Below, in pieces: positions 21,140 through 33,997 of a stretch of DNA of 64,000 nucleotides. The position numbers and the translations under genes were made by a program. Where the stretch lies: NCBI RefSeq assembly GCF_006345805.1, contig NC_043002.1, forward strand, positions 68,882,001 to 68,946,000. The letters are read 5' to 3'. This DNA is from Octopus sinensis. Taxonomy: Eukaryota. Below the pieces are notes generated by a model. The model made no database searches. It saw nothing but the letters and a program-made list of their open reading frames with translations, and had not been told where the DNA came from. Position 1 is the first letter of the stretch. Each line of letters opens with the position of its first letter.

Positions 21140-21690
21140 TGCACTGGTAGCAGAGTGGCCCAGTGCCTCAGTCTCTGAATGTGTGAGCCACACAAATACC
21201 ATTGTTGAGCAGTAGTTGATGAATTCAGCCTGCATCCATTATTCTGCAGCCATTAAGTGAGCTGGTTACCCTGACATGCTGCTCTGAATGACATAATTAA
21301 AAGGGGCCTCGATGTAGCTGGCTTCCCATTGTAACTGGAGCCAGTTGGTCTCAATCACAGGGATGGTAAGCACCCTGATAGAATAACCCTCTTTCAATAC
21401 AAGGGAGGCTGATCTCTAATCTGTGACATGTTCTCTGGCTCCACTGTTTATAATGCAGAGGAGAGAAAAATAAATGTAAAAGCCTGACCAGCTGCTTTCA
21501 GTTTGTGCCGGTCATCATCAAGACCTCAGGTGTTCTCAGATCCTGTACTGCTAATTTTCTTCACAAAATTGATATAACTGCAGCCCATCTGAGAAATGAG
21601 TGTCGCAAAGTGGGGTGACTGCTGCAGTAAATGTTGCTAACAATTCTCCATGGCAATGCCATCACTTACATGTCTACAGGGTATGGCTGA
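21140..21690 (+). mobile_element. Fossil C-terminus of a CRE-clade non-LTR retrotransposon (zinc knuckle + RLE)
   Basis: From 21182 it translates CEPHKYHC*AVVDEFSLHPLFC..HAALNDIIKRGLDVAGFP..LEPVGLNHRDGKHPDRIT; after a frameshift, FQFVPVIIKTSGVL..FL..HGNA. Several stops. Confidence 0.75.
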
Positions 21691-23107
21691 ACACACCATT
21701 TGTTCTGGGGTGTACTCCACCCAATCCTCATCTGCTGCTGCTGCTTAATTCCCACTCCTTTTTTTTTTGTTTCCTTGTAATTAAATTGTGATTCAATCTT
21801 TATGTAAATAAAACATTCAATTAAAAGTTGAACAAAAAGACATGGGTCACACAGGAATTTTTTTTGAATTTTGCACTATGTACAACATTTGCATTGGAAA
21901 CGATGTGTCATTCATTGTTATTCTGCTACACAACTCTTATGGTCACCCTGCAGATCTTCATAAGACTACAATCCAGGTTCAAATCAATTCTTCAGATCTT
22001 AAGATCATATGCTAAAGTCTCTGAACTCTAATCCAAAACTACGCGTAAAACTATTATTACAGCATTTCTGAGAGGCTATAAGTCTTTTACCTATTTGGTG
22101 GAATTCATCAAGAAAAAAATGTTTTGTTTCCATTTTTGTTAATGTTTTAAACATTCTTTTTCCACTTTATCAAGTCATTTCATTTCAGGACTGCATGTAT
22201 TCAAGAATTAAGCCATGTATTACCAACATGAGATTAGAATTTGGCAAATCTGCTCATCTACACAGCTTTTGTTCATTGATTTATAAAGATTGTCTTAACA
22301 TGTTATATCCTTGAGTGATTTTCAGAAATATTTTAGTATTTCTTTTTAAGCTACTTCTGTTCACAATTATGAATTTACATTCTCTTCTTTCTTCAAGATT
22401 TAATCAACTTATTGTCACCTCCTAACAGTCTCAGCAAAATACACACCCATCTCTTTACATTTTTGCTCTTCATGTTAGAAATGAATTACAATGAATTAAA
22501 ATGACATTTTGGGAGGAAATCAGTAAAGAAAGCTGTCATACAAATAGGAACCAGAGAAGAATACATCACAACAATACTATTAGTCCAAAATATAATAGAA
22601 ATACTATATTAGTTATCTGAACCATTTCCACTGAAAGATTAAACCTAGAACTAAATCCTGTTGTCATCTGAAATAGGTTGATACATTTTCACTGAAAGAT
22701 TAAACCTACAACTAAATCCTGTGTCATCTAAAATAGCGCAATGGTCAAGATGCTCAGTAGTATTTCATCTGTCTTTACGTTCTGAATTGCTGGGGTCGAC
22801 TTTGCCTTTCATCCTTTCAGAGTCAATAAAATAAGTGCCAGCTGAGACCTGGGGTTGGTGTAATTGACAAGCTCCCCACTCTTGAATTTCAGAGAGGAAA
22901 GATTACAATACTCATTGCCAAATACACAAATTTATTATGCTAAATGTTTATTACTTGAACATTGTATTGTCTGTTTTATATAATAATAATCTGATTTTTT
23001 AAAAAATACTTCCTTTATCTGTTGAAAATTCCTTTATAATGTGAAAAGCATAAATCTAAAGAGTCAAATGTATATTCTGTTAAGAGTGAATTAATGATGG
23101 TGATTAA

Positions 23108-23321
23108 CTCTTTTGTTACCATTTATTGTAATACACCACTTTTATTTAACTTAATTTGGAAAATAATGGACAATTTAGTAAAATAACTTTGTTGTTATAA
23201 ACTTGATGTTTGGAAATTTACATGAAATTTTGATGGAAGGTTTTAATTAAAATTACTTGAAAACAAGAAACCTGTGCCATAGAACCAAAGGTAGTCTTGA
23301 CTGGGTTGGTATAAAAAAAAA
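23108..23321. mobile_element. piggyBac-type MITE (family 2)
   Basis: TTAA at 23104-23107 and 23322-23325; similar to 411-617 (aatttagtaaaataactt...gggttggtat). Confidence 0.55.
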
Positions 23322-26300
23322 TTAAACGTTGAACAAAGTAAGGAAAGTAAATTCATAATTATGAATCAAATGCAACTTACAAACCACAAAACACCTACAA
23401 ATTGTTTACCTTAATCTTTCAGATATATTTCTCCTTAAGTGATCAGCTTATTGTTAGGAGCAATCCTATATCACATTTGTTGATCATGAGTTAAAAGTAG
23501 AAGAGGCAGGCGCCACTCCTCCCTGTTTTGGCTTTGTAGGAATACTTCCTCATATGTTTAGGCTAATTGAGTGAAGTCAGACCTAAATTATAGAAATATA
23601 ACCACTGTGTCAACTCAGTCACTCCACAAATACTTAAATTAAAAGCAAAATATTGTCTCAAATATATTGAATGGGGATTAGTAATTTTTAATTTTCATCT
23701 ATTTCTAAAGAGCATTGATATATTAATCTTTCACGACCATATTTATAATAAAATACATTCCATATGTGTTTTAATTAATTTTGAAAGTAATCAAGAATTT
23801 ATAGTGATATAATAAAATAACCTTTTCATTATTAGGCTGGTGTTTTGAACGTTACTTAACAAAAGGGTTTTTTTTTTTGCATATAAAACTTATAATAGGT
23901 TTTTAATTTAAATATGAACACTTTAGAATGAAAAGTTTTGTACCATAAGGCCAGAGGTGGTCTTAGGTAAGGGGTATCAGATGGATTAACTGAAATTGCT
24001 TTAACTAATAAAACTGGGTTGCTGATTTGGTTCACTGAATACATATTGGTGCATCTGGTATGCTTTCATTAAATAATAACAAATAACACTATCAAATATC
24101 AACAAAATAGTTATACACATTTAATAAATCTTGCTCATATACCTTCTCATATCTCTTCATTATAAAGTATGAATGAAATTAGGAGGAGGTTTTGAAATGG
24201 AAACTGGGAGAAGAGTGGGATTAAATATAACACATGACATACAATGGAAATTAAAGTCAAACTTCATACATGCATTTGTATATAGCTAGTGATTATGTAT
24301 TTGAACCCTTTTTTATATATATTGCACCATTGTTGGTCATACTCAAGTTCTATATTGATTTAGAGCAACGTAGAAATTAATTTCCATGAAAATCAAATAT
24401 ATCTGCTAATTTTCCACATGGTGGATTCTAACTGAATAGGTAAATTTTCAATAAACATGATTATGAAAGTATGTAAATTTTATAACATATTTCAAATTGG
24501 TGGGTAATACATTCTTGACAATATCGGCAATCTAAAATAAGGGAAGTTAATAAACAAAACATTAAAAAATCTTAGCAAAAGACAAGGAATTTATTTTCAT
24601 CATTAATTAATTTAAGAGATTTGTGATTTTGAGGACATTCATATTCATAAAAACATAATTAAGAGCAGTCAAATATTAATTGTTGCTCCGTAGCTGATAT
24701 ACCAGCAATGAGCTGTCAGAACCACTGAAGTATATTAAATATTGATTATAAATATTGATTCCAATTGCAAGTGCGTACAAAAATACAAGTTAATATCGTG
24801 AATGATATTGCTGGAAATGTTGGAGTGATTAATAAGTAACTATATAAATAAATAAAATGCAAAAGCTTTTTTGATTTATTTTTTTTAGATATTTCTTTAA
24901 ATGGATGAAGAGTGGTAAAATTTATAGGGTTTTAATTCAGGATGATGAATATGAATATTACATCTTTTCCTTATAGAATTTCTTTTTCTTTTTTCATTCA
25001 AATGAAATTGATATATCAGGAAGTTGTAGACTCTCTGAAAAACATATCTCTAATAGTTGTCATCTGATTTATGATGACAACCATTAAGAAATAGTAAAAA
25101 TAAAATTTAACGAAATCATTTCTGTATTACTGAATGATCTAATGAAACACTTTAAGGAGAATACAAGATTTTGATCCAGATTAGGATCTGACAGCTTTAA
25201 TACATCTTGGTACTCTATGACCTCAAGAAATGGATATATCCATTCAGCATTCTAAACTCTGTCAAATGTAACACTTACTTTTTTACATTGTTCTGGATTA
25301 ATCATGAATTGTCTCACAGCTTCAAGATTTCAATAATATGTTTGTTTATTTTTAGAATGACATTGTTGGGTACGTGAGCGGGGCTAACACAGGTAAAATA
25401 GTTGGGCAGTTTAAATGCAAAAGTCATATACCAACAACTAAAGTTTTCAATGTATAAATTGGTTAAAATTAAAACACTTTGATACCTTAGAAGTTTTAGA
25501 TTAGGAAAACAGTTTCAACCAAATTTAACATTTACATGGTTTTTTTTCGGCGGGGATTGCTCAGATTACACTCAAGTAGTGTGCAGTTATAATCTCTTAA
25601 TGGCTAATATATCCAGAAGTTCTCTAACTTCTGTCAACCATTATTAACTTTAGATAGTTTACTTCACCTGGAACAACACTGATTAGATATGCTAAGTAAC
25701 AGAGCTGATCTCCTATTTCTAATAATCCATTTATGCAGGTTATGATCTTGACAGTTGGATTGGAATCAATGTCAGTTACATTTCTGTGTTTACAACAGTT
25801 GCATTCTCTTTTATTCATATAGCATATTTATTTTGACACTGTAACCATTTAAGCAACTCTATACACATCAGTTTACAGTGATTTTATTTGGTGCTGTGTC
25901 ACTACATCATATTTTCTCTGGCGCTTTCTGTACTGCTTCCAAGTAAGTATGCCATGAAGAGTTTAGCTCTTGGCAACCCAACTCCAACAAAATGGATTTG
26001 TACCAAATCATTATTATCCTTTTTTATTTTGAGTTCAAATTCTGCTGGAGTCTACTTTGTCTTTCATTCTTCCAGAGTCAATAAAGTAAGTACCCATGTA
26101 GTATTGGTGTCAATTAAATTGACTCAATGCCCCCCACAAAACGTATGGCTTTCTATGCATATAAAAAAAATGATTATTATTAAAAGAAAACAAACCCATA
26201 AAAACGATAGCATCAATATACTACTGTAATAATTATTGATTTAATATTCATTTTTATTAAGATGGTTAACTGGCAGAAATGCTAGCATACTGGACAAACT

Positions 26301-26746
26301 GCTTATCAACATTTCATCCTTCTTTATTTCCTGAGTTCAAATTCTGCCAAGGTAAACTTTGCTTTTTATCCTTTTGGGGTCAATAAAATAAGTACCAGTT
26401 TTTTCCCCAAAATTGCTGGTCTTACACCAAAGTTTGAAATCGATATTCATTCCTATTTTTCATCATCCATGTTTTAGTTAATTTTCAACAGATTATATTC
26501 TTTTCTACTCTAGGCCCGAAATTTTGGGGGAGGAGGCCAGTCGATTAGATTGACCCCAGTATGCAACTGGTACTTAATTTATCGAACCCGAAAGGATGAA
26601 AGGCAAAGTTGGCCTCGGCGGAATGTGAACTCAGAATGTAAAGATGGATGAAATAACGCTAAGCTTTTCACCCGGCGTGCTAACATTTCTGCCAGCTCAC
26701 TGCCTTTTTGCCTTTCAAAAGATTATATTAAACCACTTCTTGACTA

Positions 26747-27112
26747 TCTCTTTTACTCTTTTACTTGTTTCAGTCATTTGACTGTGGCCATGCTGAAGCA
26801 CTGCCTTTAGTCGAGCGAATCAATCCCAGGCCTTATTCTTTGTAAGCCTAGTACTTATTCTATCGGTCTCTTTTGCCGAACCACTAAGTTACAGAGACCT
26901 AAACACACCAGCATCGGTTGTCAAGCGATGTTGGGGGAACAAACACACACACACACATACGACGGGCTTCTTTCAGTTTCCGTCTACCAAATCCACTCAC
27001 AAGGCTTTGGTTGGCCCGAGGCTATAGTAGAAGACACTTGCCCAAGGCACCATGCAATGGGACTGAATGTGGTTGGTAAGCAAGCTACTTACCACACAGC
27101 CACTCCTACACC
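26747..27112 (-). mobile_element. SINE family B
   Basis: Near-identical to the 18781 copy with a shorter microsatellite. Partial copies at about 12460-12593(-), 3090-3220(+), 53860-53975(+) and 55630-55790(+). Confidence 0.85.
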
Positions 27113-28154
27113 TATCGTCTGGACATTTTTCACTCACTTTATTTTAATTTCTCATAGTATATGTTAAACTATTACAGTTGTTCCTTGATGTTTCTGACAT
27201 GTATTTACATGATACTTTAAGTAAATCATGTTCCGCTTATTCTGCTGCATTACTAGGAACATTTTGCTCTCATTGTATCTAATATAATTGTTGTATTCAT
27301 CTAGCTTTTTATACTAGTTACCTTCTCAGTGAAAAAGAGATCCTTTGCGATTAGTAAAGGTAAAAAGTTCCAAAATTTCTGTTTTCTAAACATTCTAGAT
27401 CATATTAAACAATCATTAATTCTGCATTTAGCATATACACAAGCACACACTTAACATAAACATCCAGTGAACCATTTCTGCATTCCATTGGCCTTAGTAT
27501 TTAACTATTTATGCCTTTCACTGCACTTGTGCATTTCAAATATTCATTAATTGTCAGCTAATTTGAAATTCCACTTGTGCACTTTTTGGTGCACTGACTA
27601 CATAATATTAATTTTCAATCTGCTGCTTTTCTTAAAAAAAAAAGAAGTCACCAATTTTTGAAAATGTTAGGCTTTCTAAATTTTTCTTTTTTATCTTGGT
27701 TCTTGCAAAATAGATCATGTAGCACATTTTAGAAATATATTATACTTGAAGCCTATTTTGTAAAATTCTTTCTTACTGTTTTTAACATTTTGTTTTTTGA
27801 TGATCTACACAGGAAATTTACTTTTCTACAATGGAATTTCAATCTTTATCTTTAATCAAAATACTGATTTCTTACACACGCTGAAGGCCAATACTCTGTA
27901 GTGGATGAGTATTGTCAATGAAATTGACCTAAATAGTATTAAAAGGAAAGTTGATTCTAGCCAGATTTGAACTCAAGATCTCCAGGGACAAAACTAAATG
28001 CATTTAATCTGTTTATCTATTGTTTTATCTACTGCCACTATGCTTTCATTAGTGAAAGTTTCGATTTCTTTCTTGAGCATTAGCTCCTGGGTTTTTGCTT
28101 GTTTGTGTGTATATATATTGATGTATGAACATGTTTTTGTCTGTGTATGTTTAA

Positions 28155-28374
28155 CCCTTTAGTGTTTAAACTGGCCATATCCGGCCCAGATAATCTACTT
28201 GTTTTATATTCAAACTGGCCATATCTAGTCTCTCACACTTAACCTACAGTGACATTCTAAAAATAAACAATCACATCATTGAAACCTCAAAGCTATAAGA
28301 TAATTCATGATTAATTCAAAACAATTTGAGTGGAAATGTATTACATTTAACAGAATAATCTGAACACTAAAGGG
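28155..28374. mobile_element. piggyBac-type MITE (family 1)
   Basis: TTAA|CCCTTTAGTGTT...AACACTAAAGGG|TTAA; perfect 12-bp TIR. Confidence 0.85.
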
Positions 28375-28697
28375 TTAAGCCAGTCTAAAAATTAGTGTCT
28401 GTGTTATCATGTTTTATGTTCCATTACATAATGCTTCGATAAACAGAGATTGATAAAATATGTACTGAGGGCAGTATCATCAACTAAAGCTTTGAAAGCA
28501 AATTGACGGTCATTAAAGCATTGAATAGAATACATTATGGTATTTGTTCTGGCTCTCTAGGCTCTGAATTATAATCCTACTCAGGTTGACTTTACCTTTC
28601 ATTCTTTCAGTATTGGTAAATAAAGTATCAGTCAAGTAACGGAGTCAATTCTATCTCGCTCTCTTGGAATTGACCAGGTTGTGCTAAGAAGGGTTAA

Positions 28698-28926
28698 GGC
28701 AGTGAGCTGGCAGAATTGTTAGCATGCTGGGCAAAATGCTTAGCAGTATTTCAACTGCCGTTACGTTAGGAGTTCAAATTCTGCCAAAGTCGACTTTGCC
28801 TTTCATCCTTTCGGGGTCGATAAATTAAGTACCAGTTACGCACTGGAGTCGAAGCAATCGACTTAATCCGTTTGTCTGTCCTTGTTTGTCTCTTTTATGT
28901 TTAGCCCCTTGTGAGCAATAAAGAAA
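28698..28926 (+). mobile_element. tRNA-derived SINE family A, complete copy with TSD and a Tx1-like 3' tail
   Basis: A-box TGGCAGAATTG, B-box GTTCAAATTC. taagaagggttaagg duplicated at 28685-28699 and 28927-28941. Confidence 0.85.
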
Positions 28927-29818
28927 TAAGAAGGGTTAAGGGAGATCACTCACAGTATCTATTGAGTGAAGGGCTAGCAACCTTTCCTCATAGACAATTA
29001 TGTTGCTGAAACTTAGACAACTTGATATACAATGCAGCTCAGAACAGAATAAAACAAATATAGCTACCTGTAGGCAGTGCCTCATCATAGTGACAGTCCA
29101 GCTAGTGAAAGTAGTAAAAGAATATTTTGGGGTTTTAGTATTAAACACTTTTGCTACTATATTTCAGTTGAAATACACTATCTTTCAGTTCTATATTTAA
29201 GAGATGAGGAATTATGTACATTATTTCAGAAACAAACATGATGAGGACAAATATCCATCAAATGTAAATAATGTACACTACCTTTGTTTTAATTGATTTT
29301 GTAAATGGTGAAGAATTTAGTAAAATAACTATCATTAATAATTTGGTGTAAGGTAGCAAGCTAGCATAATCATTAGAATACTGGACAAAATGCTTTGAGA
29401 TGTTTCTTTCAGCTTTACATTGAGTTCAAAATACTACCAAGGTTGACTTCGCTTTACATCCTTTCAGGGTCAATAAAATAACTATCAGCTGAGCACTAGA
29501 AGTTGATGTCTGCAACTAACTTCTCCGCCCCCAAATTCCAGGCCTTGTGCTTACGGTAGAAAGGATTATTGATTTGATGTTTGGCAAATTGCTATGCAGT
29601 TTTAATGGAAGTTTTTAATGTAAATCACTTCAAAACAAAACTTATATCATAGGATTAGGGGTGGTCTTCATAACAAATGGTTGCAAATAAACTTGTTTAA
29701 TGCATCTTTATATTAGAAGTGTATTGTTACTGATCATCTAAACCAGTGGTTCAACTGTTTGTTGCCTGTGGACCCCTTTGATTCTTATTTTCTCCATTGG
29801 ATCCTCATAGTCATTCAA

Positions 29819-30193
29819 TCATCATCATCATGGTTTAACATCCGTTTTCCAATCTGGCATGGGTTGGATGGTTTGACTGAGGTCTGAAGAGCCAGCAGCT
29901 GCACCATGCTCCAATCTGATCTGGCAATGTTTCTACAGCTGGATGCCCTTCCTAACGCCAACCACTCCGAGAGTGTAGTGGGTGCTTTTTACATGCCAAT
30001 GGCACAGGAGCCAGTCAGGCGGGCCTGGCATTGACCATGTTCGGATTGTGCTTTTTACGTGTCACCGGCACAGAGGCCAGTCAGTGGGTACTGGCATCAG
30101 CCACGTTCAGATGGTGCTTTTTACATGCCATTGGCACAAGAGCCAGTTGTGGGGTACTGGTATTGGCCACATTCAGTTGGTGCTTTTTACATG
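29819..30193 (-). mobile_element. SINE family C inserted in an hAT-like MITE
   Basis: About 3.5 internal units. The host MITE has cagtggttcaac...gttgataattactg termini (about 29744-30350). Older partial copies at about 3510-3677, 42076-42215, 60481-60590 and 61285-61475. Confidence 0.75.
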
Positions 30194-30799
30194 CCCCAAA
30201 AAATCTTACTGTAATTTTATTGTTAAATATAAAACATAATTAAAATGTTTTGTGTATTGTAGGAGTACAAGCAATTTATTGCACAAATATTAACAGCAAA
30301 GCCTTATATGGACCCTCAAGGGCCATATGGACTTCTAGTTGATAATTACTGATTAACAGAGCTGGTTACATAAAATATTTTCTTTAGTTACCAAACACAT
30401 ACATGTCCTCATGTAGCTCTTACTGATTTACTAGACTGTACTGTCTAATCCATCACCGGACAGCTTCCATCTCTTTGGAACTTCCTTCTGGCCTTTCATT
30501 TTACCATCTCTACTATCTTAAAACACTTATGTACTAGCCTTACTCAATCATTTCTATCCATCCTTTAGAAAGCTATAAATCCATTGTGAGTTTTTGTCCT
30601 TTGTAATTAAAGTTATGATTTCTAACATATGTGTGGATTTTTAAAAAAATAGAGCAGTTAATTAAATCAGTTTCTGACTAGTAATTATTTTAGAAGGATG
30701 AATGAAAAATGTTGATCTATGCAGAATATAAAAGGATACTGTTAAAAACTACAAGACATATCTGCTCTATTAATTCTATTGTTTACTGTTCTCTTAGAT

Positions 30800-30957
30800 T
30801 GGTATTTTTCAACCTTTTGTTAGTCCAACAACCCTTTTGATGACAATTTGAATTAGCCAGCACTCCTCCTTGCAACAAATTTTAATTTGTATCTCTTTCT
30901 TATACACTCACAGCAACCTCTGGAATATATTTTAGCATCCCAGATTGGGAAACACTG
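30800..30957. mobile_element. hAT-type MITE
   Basis: Degenerate CAGTGTTT-type termini; tcttagat duplicated on both flanks. Confidence 0.5.
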
Positions 30958-33064
30958 TCTTAGATTAAGTAATAATGAAAGTTAAAAAAAAAATAATTCA
31001 TTGATCAGAAATATACGGTGTTGTACGAGAGTACTTAATCTTGGTGCAGTAGTCAGCTAAGCAATTTGTCAACATCAAAATAGTTGTACATTTTACAATT
31101 CTGTCATTATTACTCTCTTCTTACCTATTCTGCTTACCCAATATATGGAACAAGAAATTTTTGAGTTTTTCCTAACATACAGTTTGAACTTCTTAAATCC
31201 TTAATCACAAAAAACAGGATGTTGTTCATCCACTTGGACATTGCAAGCTCAAGTATTGTAGTAATAAATGGGATATTGAGTTTCAGCTATGATATCTACA
31301 CTGGAATAGGAAAGAGAATATGTGGAATGTCCTGGATGTCAAGACCAAAGGAGGCTATGACTGTGAAAGAATTCCAGTTGTCATCTCAAACATTTCTTCT
31401 TAGGTATCAGTGCTGCTGCATCATCATAAAAACAGTTTATTTACTCATTGGAAGAAAAAGAAGAAAAAACAGATTCTAAGTTTGACACAGTAGCGACTTT
31501 CTCATTAGCTTTTAGGTTGCTCTCCATTCTGAGATGAAATTGGTAATCTATACCCAGTCATTGTAAATTTTTGTCTTAAAGAATATGCAATATTTTGTCT
31601 CCCATCATTTTATTTCTCTCAATACACACACACTTCATTTAATGAACTCTACAAGTACTTATAAGGTGATTCTTTATCTTTGTACTCTGTGTTATTAAGT
31701 AAATAAGGTACAAATCTTTCTGTTGGAAACCACTCATCAATTTGGTAAAACACACATAGGCATACTTACTTATTGGTATAACGCAACTGGTAATAAGCTA
31801 CATGAGACGCTTTCACAGTATCAATTATGATTTAGTTTTGGAATTTTATTCATTCAACAGATACTGCTCTTGGAGAAGAGGAAATAATCACCAGTATCAA
31901 GCCTTTACAAATTTTAAGAGTCGTGCTTGACGAAAATATTTCTTTGGATAGGCCGCTAGTCTACTACAGGTGTTTTTCTTAGATATGATATTTAAGTTAA
32001 ACTATAAAAAAAAAATCTTTCCCTGAGACACTGTTCACTGACGTCTTAATCACTCATCCCTTTCGAATTAACCAACATTGTGTGTGTGTGTATTGGTCAA
32101 GTGTCAGTCTCTTGCTATTCTGGAGTTTCGTTCCTCTCTCTCTCTCTCTATATATATATATGGTGGTAGGGTGCGCATACACACACACACACTATACGAG
32201 TGCGCGCACTCTTACACAGATTGTAATTGAATCAAATGTAAACAGTTAACATCAATTTTGGAATAAATATACACGTGTATTTGTATATATATAGCCATAA
32301 GTACCAGTCTGCACAATATGTGTACATACACACATTAAACATTCGCACTGTTATTTCTCCTTACACCGTTCAGGTATAAGTGTGTACACTTGAAAATGAA
32401 AAAGTGATGTGTGAGCAATTATATGTCTTAATACAATCCCCGCTACTGGAACGTTGTTGCTACTCTGAACATTCTTTCCCACTTGTTTACAAAACAACCC
32501 TACTGTTTACATTTTTTGCGTATATTTTGTAAGTTGCATCTCTGATCTCGACTTCTCTAATTCCTATTACTGTAATAATGTAAAAGACACGACTGCACAT
32601 GTTGAAATTGTGGAACTAGGCTAGAAGCTAAGTGAATACGAACAATCTTGTCTTGGAATGCATATAAAATTTAAATAACTATAACTGAAATTATCTTTTT
32701 CTTTTTGTTGCAGATAAACCTCGGCGATTTTCATAACTGAAAGTGGATAAGCAAGTCTACTTCTGCTGAACATCACTTCTGATCGACTAACATACAAATT
32801 ATTTCCTTCTTAACCGTCATTTGAAGACGATCTTGACATTGCAGCTACGGATAACCAAACGTACAGTAAAAGAAATTGATTTCTTTCTTTAGGTGATATA
32901 CGTTTTATTGTTTCTGTTGAGTAAAAGCGACAAAAAAATTGCAAAAAATATCATTCAAAATAACTGAAACTAATTAATTATTTCACTTAAAGAGAAAGAG
33001 AAAAGAATTTAATATTATAAACTTTCTACAGGTAACTGTAGTTGGCAAGTTACTGCAAGTGCTT

Positions 33065-33406
33065 CCATACTAATTCGACGTAACGCGTTGTGATTGGTTA
33101 ACAGCTAAGGACCCGGATGAGGATTATTTCTGGCGAGACTCGACATGGCGACTTCGACGCTTCATGGACCGAAATTTTAGCAGTACTTACTTTTGCAGTC
33201 GTCCCAACCACTCCAACAATCGTGACAATTATCAGTATCTGCTGCCGTCGCAGCAGCAGCGCGTCTCTTACGAGGACGTGGACGTAAAACGTTAACGACG
33301 AGACGGAGGAGGCCGTCACTCCGGAGGAGGGTCTAAAGAGGCATCAAGCCGAAACAAAGGACGGCCCCGGGTCGACACCAGCATCAGTGTCATTATCACT
33401 GCTAGA
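33065..33406 (+). promoter_or_regulatory. CpG-rich promoter/5'UTR of the ZCCHC14-like gene
   Basis: Dense CpG in an AT-rich background; inverted CCAAT (ATTGG) at 33093-33097; YY1-like ACATGGCG at 33143-33150. Confidence 0.65.
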
Positions 33407-33997
33407 ATGGTGTTCAAAGAAACAGTGTGTTTGTGGTTTCAAAAGTTAAATCCTCATACGAGGATTGACATTATGTGTGGGCTGCTCCATATGTGTGTGC
33501 CGCCCGAGTTGCGCTTTCTTGGAACGTTTCTTGAGGACCTAGGCAAGAAGGACTACTACCGGCTGAGAGATGCCGAAATTAAAGCTAACAACCACATCGA
33601 TCTTGCAAAAAGTACCAACACACCTATCAACAATAGCGCTAGTAACACTGACAGTTCCACATCCTCTGGTTCTACGAGTACTATTGGTGCTGGTTCTTCT
33701 AATACTTCATCACCATCTATCTCGACCGAGGAAAGTCTTCGCAACAAGCTGTCCCTGTCACTAGCTCTGCTGTACTCGTCCAACATCCAATGCTCCAATA
33801 TTCTCTTCAAAATGCTCGAAGCTAATGTGGAACGAGCACTACGGGTGATGCCTTCTATGGCTGTAGTGACCATTTACGAAATTCTTACCATTTTAGTGAT
33901 GGCAGCCAACCACCCGGCCTTCAGCGTTACCCAACAACTTACCATGGCAGAATTATATAAATCGGCTGAGAAGGCCGCTGAAGGCCTCATTCCCAAG
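33407..33997 (+). CDS. ZCCHC14: First coding exon (197 codons) of a ZCCHC14/ZCCHC2-family zinc-knuckle/SAM RNA-binding protein
   Basis: WFQKL..RIDIMCGLLHMCVPPELRFLGTFLEDLGKKDYYRLRDAEIKANN and LSLALLYS match the SMAUG/ZCCHC2-like N-terminal domain. ATG at 33407; phase-0 donor AAG|GTAAGC after 33997. The ORF tail to 34150 is intronic read-through. Confidence 0.88.

Noticed and set aside
22621-22737. About 62-bp tandem duplication (ccactgaaagattaaacctagaactaaatcctg...)
   Set aside because: Real, but an ordinary local duplication with no further structure.
33098-33319. Minus-strand 73-aa ORF with a hydrophobic stretch, opposite the ZCCHC14-like 5'UTR
   Set aside because: It starts at GTG with no in-frame ATG before the upstream stop and has no recognisable homology. 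Only the splice donor is kept as a finding.
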